The notes below the pieces were generated by a model. It was not told where the DNA came from. It ran no database searches and worked only from the letters and a program-made list of their open reading frames with translations. Below, one piece after another: positions 44,251 to 55,114 of a DNA stretch of 64,000 nucleotides (positions are counted from its first letter, which is position 1; every line of letters starts with the position of its first letter). Both the position numbers and the translations under genes were made by a program. Source of the stretch: an uncultured Candidatus Peribacteria bacterium (lineage in GTDB: Bacteria > Patescibacteriota > Gracilibacteria > BD1-5 > UBA2023); contig CAZKLD010000004.1 in the NCBI GenBank assembly GCA_964553745.1, positions 32,945 to 96,944 on the forward strand, in the 5' to 3' direction.

Positions 44251-45570
44251 TTATGCTGATTGATTCTGGGGGTCTTTTTTAGAAACCAAATGCTTTATGT
44301 TTTGGTCAAAGGCCATCATATTGAGCTGTCATTGTCATTTGTAGAAATTCGTATTATTTTTCAGATTACTGATAAAAAGGTTTTTGGTGATTATCTTTTT
44401 TGATAGATTGTGTGGATCATAAGATCAAATCACCTTTAATTTCGAGAATATTGCAAGCAATTCAATTTTTTCTGCTTGAGTGAGTCACTCTGGCTTGTCG
44501 AGATTAATGGGAATTCAATTTGTAATATCGAAATATTTATTAAGGTTCAATGAGATATCTTTCATTTCAATCGGAGTGAATGCCGTAAGTCAAGTATTCT
44601 CCATAAAATTCAAACTTGAAATCTTATTCAAAGAGAATTCTATGCTTTTAGCGTCTAGTTTAGGAAGCCTATATTCGTATCAATATCACCTAAGAATAAC
44701 TCATTTTTTATCAGGCGACAATACAAGCTCTCAATCTTCTCAAAATTTTACAGCTTCCACAAGTGAAAGCTCTCATGTTGTTTCATTAACTGAAATCTTA
44801 TCCTTAAGTCATTTCAAGATTTCCTTATCTCAATCTGACTTGGCATTTGCCAGGAATTTATCGTATACACTAGAAACTTCAGCATATTTTTCTGATTTAG
44901 CCGAAGCTGGAGCATTGCTCGCAACTGCCGGAGTTTCCTTTACATCATATTTCCTGCTAGCTAAAATAGTAGGCTGACCTCATTTTTCTTTGTCTTCTTT
45001 AGCTCGCATATCCTGAATATCGTTATAACAAGTTGTTATGTCGGTTCATTCATCGTGCTCCTTTTTTTTCCCTATTATAGCACCCTTGTACATAATAATG
45101 CTTGCTTTCTGGTTAACTATCCTTAATCAGGCATAGTATTCTTGGACCTTTTCATATTCCGCCTTCAATGATTTAGGATCAAGCCTTGAAATGAATTCGC
45201 TTTCCTTTTGTCAAAGCGGCATCTTCTTAGCCGAATAAAATTGTGCAACAGCTTCAATTATATTCTCTAATACTTTAAATGCTATAGAATTCGCTACTCA
45301 GTCATTTTTATCGAATTTCTTTCATATCACACTGAAATAATCTTCTATGTTTTCAGCCATAATCTCTCTTCACTTTTCCTTGAGGCTTTCATAATGTCAT
45401 TTTTCGACAGAACTCAATAATGCAAGCTCTTCAAGTCTGGATTCGCTTAACTGGTTCTCTTTGCTCTTTCTGAGAGATTCCAATTGCTCTCTTGTATCCA
45501 ATTGCATTTTAGATTGCAGATTTTCATTGTTGAGAGAAGGTGAATTAAGTGTTTTTGTATCTATGCTCAT
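44251..45570 (-). CDS. hypothetical protein, 439 aa
   Basis: Minus-strand frame checked line by line: no TAA/TAG between complement ATG 45568-45570 and complement TAA 44251-44253. MSIDTKTLNSPSLNNENLQSK... No recognisable domain. Confidence 0.75.
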
Positions 45571-45669
45571 AAGCAATTATTTATTTTTATTTATCCGTAT
45601 CATATTAACATATTTTTCCCTGTTTCGCAAAAATAGGCGAAGTTTTGGAATAATTTAATCCAGAAAATG

Positions 45670-45699
45670 AAAAACCTCCCCGATTCGGGGAGGTTTTTT
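45670..45699. terminator. rho-independent terminator (A-tract/T-tract flanked) downstream of trxA
   Basis: AAAA-ACCTCCCCG-ATT-CGGGGAGGT-TTTTTG. Confidence 0.75.
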
Positions 45700-45713
45700 G
45701 CTTGAAATCCTGA

Positions 45714-46061
45714 TTATTGAGCGGGATTTGTATACTTAGATATTTCAGCCTCTAGGACTGAGACTTCTTGGATTCACACGATAGGAGTCCCTACAGGCTT
45801 ACCATCCTTGAATATCATCATTGTCGGAATGCTCATTATCCTGAATCACATTGCAGTATTCGGTTCTTCGTCAACATTCATCTTCATGATCTTTGCCTTA
45901 TCTCATACTTTCTCAGCGAGCTCATCAAGCCTTGGGATCATGACTTGGCATGGTCCGCACCATACTGCCCAGAAATCGACTAAGGTAACTCATTTTGCTA
46001 TATCTTGTGCGAAAGTCGCATCGGTAGCATGTAAAACTTTTGTAGTTCAATCTTTTGACAT
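45714..46061 (-). CDS. trxA: thioredoxin
   Basis: LVDFWAVWCGPCQVMIP (WCGPC active site), FRIMSIPTMMIFKDGKP. 115 aa. Confidence 0.93.
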
Positions 46062-46114
46062 AATATTATAGTTTAATGATTAAATTATCAGCTGATTAAG
46101 TTTAACGGATAGGA

Positions 46115-46154
46115 GAAAAAATACAAATCAATTTACCTACCAATCGGTAGGTAA
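46115..46154 (-). terminator. hairpin plus T-tract downstream of the methylthiotransferase gene
   Basis: TTACCTACC-AATC-GGTAGGTAA at 46133-46154. On the minus strand it is followed by ATTGATTTGTATTTTTT. Confidence 0.55.
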
Positions 46155-46193
46155 GATAATCTTTTTCCATATAAAGTCAAGTTGATTTGTAAT

Positions 46194-47471
46194 TTAGAAC
46201 CCTCAATCGCCATTTTCATCCTTGATTTCGGGAATGTAGGCATAAGTGCCTTTTATGATATTTCATCTTTTGAGCTCGCTTGAAGGGGGAATCTTAAAAT
46301 TCTTCTCATTGAGGAAGATGTAATTTTCGCTCCATCATGAAAAGCTGCTTTCTCAATCGGTTTTTTCAATGAGCAATTTAAGCTCTCTTCAAGAGTTATC
46401 CTTTAAAAATCAGTTTCTGATGTCATCTCAGAGTGCTAGGATTTCTTTCATCCTTGTGTTCTTGATGTGGTTTTTAACCTGATTCGGGAATTTTGCAGCT
46501 GGGATGGTATCCCTGTTCTCATGCGCTGAAAAAGGAAATGCGTGAACTTTTGAGATGTTGAATCTCTTCAGTATATCGAGCGTATCTTGGAAATCACTGT
46601 CCTCTTCTCATGGGAATCCAACTATGATATCTGCTCAGATGCTGAGATTCAATCAATCCTCTCTTTTCATATTCCTCAATTTCTCCAGTTTGTCTACTAG
46701 CTCTTTTCTTGAGTAATTCCTGTTCATTAGCTTTATTATTTTATCGCTTCATGATTGGATTGACAGGTGAAGATGTCAATAGATGCGCGGATTCTGCAGT
46801 ACTTCTAATAGTTCTCCATTTATATATTCGACTCAAAGCGAGCTTATTCTGAGACGCTCCACATCTGTCTCATTAAGGATCTTTCTGAGCAATTCGCTCA
46901 GCCTTGTCTCATTGTGATTTTTAGTGTTTGAAGTTCACCATGCTCATAGATTAGTTCAGGTTATGACTACCTCTTTTCCGCCTGAATTCACGAATTCCTC
47001 TATTTCTCTCCTTATGCTTTCCTCTTCTCTTGAGGAATGTTCTCATCTTGCTTGGATGGTGACGCAGAATGTACAATAATTATCGCATCAATTCTGGATT
47101 ATCAGATATTTTCTTGTGAATATCCGCTTTGATCTTAATTTGTCTATCTTTTCCTGGATTCATTCCTTCATGGGATCCTCTCCCAAAAGGACTATTTTGC
47201 TTTCGTATTTTTTGAGCTCAGGATATGTATCGTAGAAATCTTCAGTCAGCTCTCATTTCTTTATGGTTCAGCACCCCGAAAGATAAAGCTTCTCTTCGGA
47301 TCCGAATTTTTCAATATTGCTTATGACGAATTTAAGCCATTTTGATTTTGCCTTTTCGGTCACGATGCAAGAAGCCACGAATATTCATTGCTTGTCTTGA
47401 AGGTACTTTGTATCTAGCCACTTCTCAGTATAATATCTATTTGTCTTGCATCAAAAAATCTTGTATTCCAT
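46194..47471 (-). CDS. MiaB/MtaB-family radical SAM tRNA methylthiotransferase
   Basis: N-terminal MEYKIFGCKTNRYYTE...VASCIVT...LSGCG (MTTase cysteines), radical SAM motif IIQNGCDNYCTFC, and ISSL...HLHLSIQSGSDKIIKLMNR. Confidence 0.88.
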
Positions 47472-47581
47472 AATTAGGAGTCTTCCGCTTAGGTTAAAAA
47501 AATGACCTAAGGATTGCCTTGAAGTCAGAACCATTATATTGCTATTTCTTAAAAAATCCAGACAATCTTCACATAAGCTTT

Positions 47582-47610
47582 TTGACAACAGATTTTTTTT
47601 GTAGTAGACT
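47582..47610 (+). promoter_or_regulatory. sigma70-like promoter (TTGACA-17 nt-TAGACT)
   Basis: TTGACA at 47582-47587 and TAGACT at 47605-47610, 28 nt upstream of ATG 47638. Confidence 0.4.
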
Positions 47611-47637
47611 TTGAAACAATATTTGTAATAAATTCAC

Positions 47638-48723
47638 ATGGCATCTGATAAAGGAAAAGTAATAGACTGAATCTCACTTTATAATGAGTGAGAATATGAA
47701 AAGGCGATTGTCCAATTTCAAGGTGCCATTGATGCGGAGGAAGTAGATGAGCTCGCGATGTTCTATCTCTGAAATACTTTCTGAGCATTATGAAAATTCG
47801 AGAAAGCTATCTCGATCTTTACTGAAATACTGGCTTTCGATTCAAAGAATGAAAAAGTACTGAAAGCAAAAGAGATATTCGAGAATCTTAAGAAAAATTC
47901 AAAAGAAAGCTTTTCTTATGGGGAAGCGAGCTCTGCGGAATCGGCTCAGAGTTTCCCTGCGGCAGAATTCAATCCGAAAACCTCCTCAAAGAAGGATATT
48001 CCGGTGCCTCCTTCGAGTGCGGTTTATGAAGAATCAGTTGAAGAAATAAATCCCAAGGAGAAAGATATTAATGTCTATGGCTTCCTGAAATCAAACGAAG
48101 CAGAAAAATTCCTGGCAACAGATGGCGCTAGGAATATGAACATCAAGAATATCATAGACAACATCTGAACCAACAGTTTCGATAAGGATGAGATACTATG
48201 CCTCATAAGGAAGGGGAATGAAGATGATCTCATGCGATTCATAAAATGCGTGAAACTAAGGAATTCAATCCTTGATCATCTAGCGGATTCGAACGTCCTG
48301 CCTCCAAGGAAATATAATACAATCATAACTCAGATAGTGAATATAAATGCCGAATTCTGACTCGCATTCCTCATGTTCAACCTATGAGAGCATAAATATA
48401 ACGATATCATCTCTAAGCTATGAAAAGCCCCTATTGCCGGCTGATCGGATATGAAGGATCCTATTGAGCCAACCAAGATATGAATCATCAAGGTGGTATC
48501 GAATTTCCTCATATGAATATTTTCTTTTGAAAAAGCTTTTGAAAATGAGAATAACAAGTTAAGATATTTCAAGTACTTATTCATTTTCCTATGATTCGTT
48601 TGAGTTCTTATATTGGTCGGATATTGATTCAAGACATGAGTATTCAGTGTTGATGTCAGATGAAGAAATGATAGTCCAGGAGAAAATATCCAAAAAAATT
48701 TTCAGATCAAACTAATTAAATAA
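47638..48723 (+). CDS. TPR-repeat protein with a C-terminal membrane segment, 361 aa
   Basis: Frame checked line by line. N-terminal TPR-like sequence GISLYNEGEYEKAIVQFQGAID...FYLGNTFGALGKFEKAISIFTEILAFDSKN, and a C-terminal hydrophobic stretch YLFIFLGFVGVLILVGYG. Confidence 0.7.
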
Positions 48724-48725
48724 CC

Positions 48726-49076
48726 ATGAAAATAGCTATAATATGAGCTTCTAAAGATAGAAGCAAGTACTGAAACAAGATTGTCAGGGATCTTATTAAG
48801 AAATGACATGAAGTCTTTCCTGTGAATCCGAGAGAAGATGAACTAGAGGGAATCAAGAATTACAAGTCCATAAGCGAACTTCCCGAATGAATCGAAGTCT
48901 TGAATTTTGTCACTCCGCCAGAAGTCACGCTTGAAATCTTGAATATCGCAAAGGGACTGGGGCTGAAAAATGTCTGGTGCCAGCCATGAGCAAGCGATGA
49001 TCGCGTAAAGGATTTTTTGAATGAGAATTCTTTTAAATTTATAATCGATTCTTGCATAATGATACATTCGATATAA
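48726..49076 (+). CDS. CoA-binding domain protein (YccU/YneT-like)
   Basis: MKIAIIGASKDRSKYGNKIVRDLIKKGHEVFPVNP...VLNFVTPPEVT...VWCQPGA. Confidence 0.8.
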
Positions 49077-49078
49077 AT

Positions 49079-49110
49079 AAATCCCTCTGCAAAGAGGGAT
49101 TTATTTGTTA
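49079..49110. terminator. bidirectional terminator between convergent genes
   Basis: AAATCCCTCT-GCAA-AGAGGGATTT followed by ATTTGTT. Confidence 0.7.
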
Positions 49111-50808
49111 TTCTTCTCAATATTCCTCCCTTATATGCAGGAGATTGTCATATATATTCTTCAATCTGGATAATTCCATTCAGTCTTCATCGGTGAATTT
49201 AGGAACAGTACCCGATTCATCTCATTTTTCCTGTGACAAAGCATGATTATCTCTTTTGTCTTCAAGCCTCTGTATATTTTCGATGAACTCCACAATCTTT
49301 TCTTTGACTATCTCCTTATCATTTTCAAATATGACATGCTTTATCTGATCGGAGAGATCTCCTTTCTCATAATTTTTTATCAGAATGTGCGGATCAAACT
49401 GGATCCTCGCACCCTTGTTCGGGATATAGTAGCTTCAGCCGAATTTGATGCAATATGGAAGATATTTCTGATTTGTATCTTCAATCTCGTGCCATACATC
49501 CATATCAAGCTTTATCTTTCAGTCCGATTCCTTCAGTCATGATGAATCAAGAAGCTCTTTTGTTATAAATTTTATAATTTCGCTTATCGGGTGTCAGGCT
49601 CTTTTGGAATAAATCCTCCTTGAGCCGATGGCATCTATGGTATCGGCAATGCTTATCATCCTTCATGCCTCAGGTATATTCGTTCACATCAGCCTATTGA
49701 AATCCGATAGCTCCACAGTTCATCAATTCTTGCAAATCGCAACCATCTCGTCGAACTTCAAGGCAGAATTCCCGTTTTCGTTATAGAAGTCACAATGATG
49801 GACCATTCAGTCGGCATAGGCCTCATATCAGGAATTTAAGACTTCCATGATTCAGACTCAAGTGTGGGACTCCATTATCTTCTTCTCTTCTGATGTATAA
49901 GTTCAGGTTTTCTTCAGGATCTCATCATCGATATATCTTTTTCCCAGATCATGAAAAAACGCCATATTCCCCAATTGCTTGAGTGAGTATTCGGAAAATC
50001 ACATATTCCTTCAGATCATATCGCAGATAGTACGGACTCTATTTATATGTCATTTCGTATACGGATCCTTATCATTCATTATATCATTGAAAAAGTCTTG
50101 AACCGCGATATTCGACTGATCCAGGAACTCTATTATTTTTGATGTTTCTACGCTTCAGCCCCTGATTGTATACACTCTTCAGTTGTACTCTATGAAGCGT
50201 GTGAACCATGCGACCATATGCTTTTCGCCGTCTTTTGACCGTAGGGTGAAGACCGCATTCTCATATGTTTTTCATGCTCATAAGGCGGATTCTACCTTAT
50301 GAAGCTCTTCTTCGCTCCAGTCATACAGGAGATGCATGATGCTCTCTCAATTCAAGTATCTTTCTTTTATCTCTGAGAAATCGTATCAGGTTATATTCTG
50401 CATTGCCTGATTCCAATACAAAGGGCGATCTCAATGATAGATTACAATTGGGTTTTTGTTGTTCTTCAGATCATCCAACCATAGTCACCTTATTACATCT
50501 TCATCGTCCATTTCCTGTACATCATACGCTTTTCTTCCGTAGTCGCTATCGATTATCTTTCATAGGATATAGTGCATAGAACTAAGTGTTGAGATGGTTC
50601 AAAAACGGCTTTGGCTCTTCTCTTTTTCAAGGAGTCTTTTTGTAAGTTTTGATAATGCGGCCACTTCTTCGGCGCTAAGGGAAAATCTGTCTTGCACTCC
50701 AGAGAGTACTGCAGACATCCTATGCTCCAATTCGTTTTCAGGCACCGAAACAAGACCTGTTAAGGTCTCTGCGCATAAAGTATTGTCGGGGTTATTGTTT
50801 CACATCAT
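49108..50808 (-). CDS. PAS-like sensor plus HD-GYP-type (degenerate GYP) phosphohydrolase, 566 aa
   Basis: Minus-strand frame checked line by line. HINRVRTICDMIG, FFHDLGKRYIDDEILKKTG.YT.EE...ESHT..G, HHCDFYNENGNS, ISIADTIDAI. The N-terminal region IVIYHGDRPLYWNQAMQNITGY...GEKHMVAWFT is PAS-like. Confidence 0.8.
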
Positions 50809-50994
50809 TTATTCTTTTATTTCTGATATTTTCAGAGTCTGCGGGATTAAAGGCAATTAAACAAAATGCAATATAATTAAATCGCTTTATAAAGCAAGAA
50901 AATCTTTAAAATATCATTAATTTTTTTTGTCAATTTGCTTTGACTTTAGAAAAATCTCCATATATTGAAACGGGCTTTAATTATAGATAAATCA

Positions 50995-51777
50995 ATGAAA
51001 AAAATAAAACAGAAATTTTTAAGCTGACTCTTGAAGACGTTGAATTTCATCTTTGCATCAATTACAATATCTCTGGTAATAATCGCTTTGTTCAGGCCAT
51101 CATTGGTTGTGGCTTTCATTACTTGGCTAGATGTGGCCGTTATCGGGCAAATCTGAAACTGGAATTATGCAGTTGCATTTTTGAGTGCGACTATAGAGTC
51201 TTTTCCTGTAATCGGAGTATTGGTTCCGGGAATGCAGATAATGCTTTTGGTAGGATGATTTTTTGGAAAATACAATATGCCGTGAGTGATAATCGTTGCC
51301 ATCCTGGGTGCGATAATCGGTAATTATGCAGGATACTGGCTCTGAATCAAATATTGAGAAAAATTCTTCAGAGAATACTGAGATTGGTTCTGATTAGGGA
51401 AGACTGAACTTAAGATACTCAAAAAGCAGATAGACAAGAATTGACCCTGGTTCATAATTCTTGGTAAATTCCATAATTTCACAAGAGCATTCGTGCCTTT
51501 CATCGCTTGATCTATGTGAATGAAAAAACATCATTTCTGGGCTTATAATATCATAGGCTCGATAGTCTGGGCATTCACCATCATCACCTTATGAGTCGGG
51601 TTCGCGCAGTATTATAAAGAAATTGTAGACAACATGAAATTTGTGATTATTTGAATTTTAATTATTCTTACTGCATATATAAGCATCTTCAAGCGTTCGG
51701 AATTCGCTGCATATATCAAGGATAAGAATACCGAAATCGATGAAAAGATCGAGGCAAAGGGAAAGGATAAGGAATAA
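50995..51777 (+). CDS. DedA/SNARE-associated family membrane protein
   Basis: Frame checked. FLSATIESFPVIGVLVPGMQIMLLVGGF...GNYAGYWLG.KYG...FGLGK...ILGKFHNFTRAFVPFIAG. Confidence 0.85.
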
Positions 51778-51798
51778 ATTACCAATTAACAGATTAAT

Positions 51799-52911
51799 AT
51801 GATTTCAGATTTGCTTCCAGTTTGGATAAGGATGCTATTCCTCTTTTGAGCATCACTCATAACGACAGCGACGATAATATTCTTTTTCAAGAGATTGTTC
51901 AAGAGTATCTGATTCATGGATCATCCTGAGAGATATCCTCATGAGTGAAATCGTGCACCTGTCCCATATTGATTGGGGATTGTCCTATTCATAAATTTCC
52001 TGATCCAATCACTGCTTTTCTTGGACATCTGATACAAGAAGCTCATAATCATACTCATTTTGGGTGCGATCGTAACGATTGTCAGTTTTGTTGATGACCT
52101 TGAAACGATTGATATAGTGAAATTCAAGGTGCATCCTCTATTCAGGCTTATAATGCAGATCTGAATCTGAGCGATAATATGAATAACTTCAATAAAAATC
52201 TGATACATAAGCGGAATATTCGGCTGAATAATCAGGCTAGACAGCTATTTCTTGCAATGGTGAGATTTTAGGGTCTATATAATTCCGCTCTTCTTCACCA
52301 TAGTATGGTATGTCCTCGTCTTCAATTCCATAAATTGGTCTGATGTGATCCCTTGACTGACTTCATGATTGGTCGAGATATCACTTCTGATTCTCCTGGT
52401 CCTGACTATCAGGCTCTATCTGACCGACATCTCAGAGGTCGCAAAGGAAAACAGTGATTTCGTACTGCTACTGCTATCCATTCTGCTTCCTTCGATTCTT
52501 GTTTTCTGGTTATTTGACATACGCAAGAAATTCCTGATATGAGATTCATGAACTATGTTTCTCGCCTTTATGATTGCAACTTTGGCGATAATATCTTGAG
52601 GTAAGGTTGCTACTGCCGCTACAGTCCTGTGAATGTACATTATCGATTCATTCTATGTGATTCTCGTAAGGCTTTATAACAAGAAAAATCCGCTTAAATG
52701 AGATACGATACATCACCTTCATTTCAGATTAGGAAAGCTCTGATTTTCACAGAACTTCATCAGAAATCTCGTCTACTCGCTCTCATTCCTGTTCTGAATC
52801 GGCGCAATATTCCTGGATAGGACATGAAAAATAATAATTTTCTGCATCTTGATGGTAATCGTCTTTTTCGTCACAAAGATCCTTTCACTTAAAAGCAATG
52901 GCAAAGCATAG
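51799..52911 (+). CDS. MraY/WecA-family polyprenyl-phosphate N-acetylhexosamine-1-phosphate transferase
   Basis: Frame checked. HPERYPHEGNRAPVPYGLG, SFVDDL, VFNSINWSDVIPGL, FLIGDSGTMFLAF, HHLHFRL. Confidence 0.85.
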
Positions 52912-53617
52912 AAGTCAAGCCTTCACTTATATAGAAATTCTAATAAGCATCGTGGTTCTTGCGACAGTCTCAGTCGTATGATTAAGCTCATTCCAGGCAT
53001 TTTTCTCCAAGCAGTCTGTTGTCAGGATTCAAGAAAAAATCGTTAATATAGCCAGATGACTTGATATCGATATCAGCTCCTGAAATATCTCATCCTACAC
53101 GCTATTTTTCTCTTCTTGAGCCAATAGCCTAGTGGCCAATATCGACTATTATAAGAGTCCTCAGCTTATAACGCTCAAATGATTCGATTACGCGAATCTT
53201 TCCTGAAGCCTTGTCACAAACAACACTTCGACCTGATTCTGGGAGACGAAGATATATCTTGATGATGTGCTTAAAAATGATTTTTTCAATAACTGAAGTT
53301 GAGGCTCGGTGCCCCTATCATTATGAAACTATACCTTATTCGAAACCTTGAACATAAAGAGCAAGATTTGAAGCATAGATACGAACTCGATAAGAATCTA
53401 TAGGCTGGATTACTCTAAAGGAGAAGGCGACAACACTGAAAATGCCTATATAAATTCAATCAAATCCACGGCATTCGCAGATTCTGCATATATCGAAAAC
53501 ATATTATGAAAAAAGACAATGCATACTATAATCTGATGAAACACCTGAGCGGTTGACTCCGCCGACATAAGCATACTCAAATGAACAACCGAAGCCAGCT
53601 TTACACTTAAGCCCTAA
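52898..53617 (+). CDS. type IV pilin/pseudopilin-like protein with prepilin-type N-terminal signal, 239 aa
   Basis: MAKHRSQA|FTYIEILISIVVLATVSVV has the class III signal with Glu at +5. Frame checked line by line. The start overlaps the upstream gene by 14 nt. Confidence 0.75.
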
Positions 53618-53620
53618 AAA

Positions 53621-54571
53621 ATGATCAAGATATGATTCTTCTGAACCCCCAAGCTCGCCGCTGCTGTGCTCCAAGATATTTTCGAAACCTGAGAATTCGA
53701 GATACCTTTCGTTGTGACCTGATTGGATAAGCCGGTCTGAAGATCTCAAGTTCTCACTCCGACTCCTGTAAAGCAGTTCGCCCTAGAAAAGTGAATCAGT
53801 GTCATCCAGCCGCATAAGATAAGATGAAACGATGAATTCTTGGCTGAAATCAAGAGCTTCTGAGCAGATTATTTTGTAGTTGTGGCATATGGCAAAATCC
53901 TGCCCGTTTCAGTCTTGGAAGCCCCAAATAAAATGTGCATAAACGTCCACGGATCCATACTTCCCCTTTACAGATGAGCTTCGCCTATCCAGAGTGCCCT
54001 TATCAATTGAGAGATGCTGACAGGGGTGACCATAATGAAGATGTCGGAATGAATGGATGAATGAGATATCATAGATATGCTGCCGATCAATATAGACAAG
54101 TTCGACACTACAGAAACTTTGTTCAAGAAATTTGAAGAAGTGAGCGGAAAGTTCCTGGCCGAGACCATCATTGCCCTTGATGAATGAAAAAGGTGACTGC
54201 TTCCTCAGGTTGAAGAGGCTGCCACTTACTGCAAGAAGATAACAAAAGAGGACGGGCTGCTTGATTTCCGCAGAACCGCACAGAATCTGTTCTACTTATG
54301 GAGATGACTTACCCCTTGGCCATGAGTCTATGGCTATTTTAAGGGGAAGAAGATTATAATCACAAATTGTGATTTCATAGAAGACAATGTGGACGGCGAA
54401 GTCTGACAAGTCATAAGGTGAGATTTCTGAATCTGAATCAAATGCTCGATCTGAGTCCTCATCCTTAAAGAAGTCAAGCTTGAAGGCAAATGAAATTCAA
54501 GGATATCTGACTTCATAAACGGCAGAAAAGATTTTATATGATATGTTTTCAATTCTGATGGACATGAATAA
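53621..54571 (+). CDS. fmt: methionyl-tRNA formyltransferase
   Basis: MIKIGFFGTPKLAA..., [54 protein letters not shown]...DEGDI. Confidence 0.93.
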
Positions 54572-54578
54572 TATTGTA

Positions 54579-55058
54579 ATGAAATACCGCAGCATATCTG
54601 ATGCTGAAAGGTTATTTGAGATATTGTCCAACCCCAATTTCACATATATCTCAATCAAGCCCAAGACTCTCGAAGAAGAGATAGAGTACATTAAAGAGGC
54701 GGAGAGACTCCGACTGGAGAATAAAGAGCATCATTTTACAGTGTTTCTGGATTGAGAGATAGTCTGAGCATTCTGAATCAAGATAGACAGTGCAAGGAAT
54801 CATGTCTGAAGAATATGATGCTACATCGATGAAAAGCATTGGTGAAAATGAATTGCAAATTTTGCAACCAGATGGTGCCTTGATTTCATGAAAAATGAGC
54901 TCGGCCTACATCTGTGCGAGATAATCGCACATCCGGAAAACATCTGAAGCCAGACCCTGATGGGGAAACTGTGATTTACAAAAGTCGGCACCATGAAAGA
55001 TTACTATATCATCAATTGAAAATTCCAGGACAGAGACCTTTTCAATAAGATATTGTAG
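54579..55058 (+). CDS. GNAT-family N-acetyltransferase (RimJ/RimL-like)
   Basis: MKYRSISDAERLFEILSNPNF..., IGCYIDEKHWGKGIANFATRWCLDFM...AHPENIGSQTLMGKLGF. Upstream in-frame ATGs at 54543, 54558 and 54564 would overlap fmt, so the start is uncertain. Confidence 0.8.
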
Positions 55059-55114
55059 TTGAAATATCCTTAAAAATATGCTATATTCATATAAATTCAT
55101 TTATCAATCCCATT

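Noticed and set aside
44480-44977. 165-aa plus-strand ORF
   Set aside because: It is antisense to the verified 439-aa minus-strand gene (44251..45570). Its Ser-rich composition comes from TCA, the complement of the TGA-Gly codons.
48283-48300. GGATTCGAAC, resembling the complement of a tRNA T-arm
   Set aside because: The flanking bases do not form a T-stem or an acceptor stem. The stretch lies in frame inside the verified TPR-protein gene (…HLADSNVLPP…).
49052-50860. Plus-strand track ORFs 49052..49246, 49243..49542 and 50594..50860
   Set aside because: They are antisense to the 566-aa PAS/HD-GYP gene, whose frame was verified end to end.
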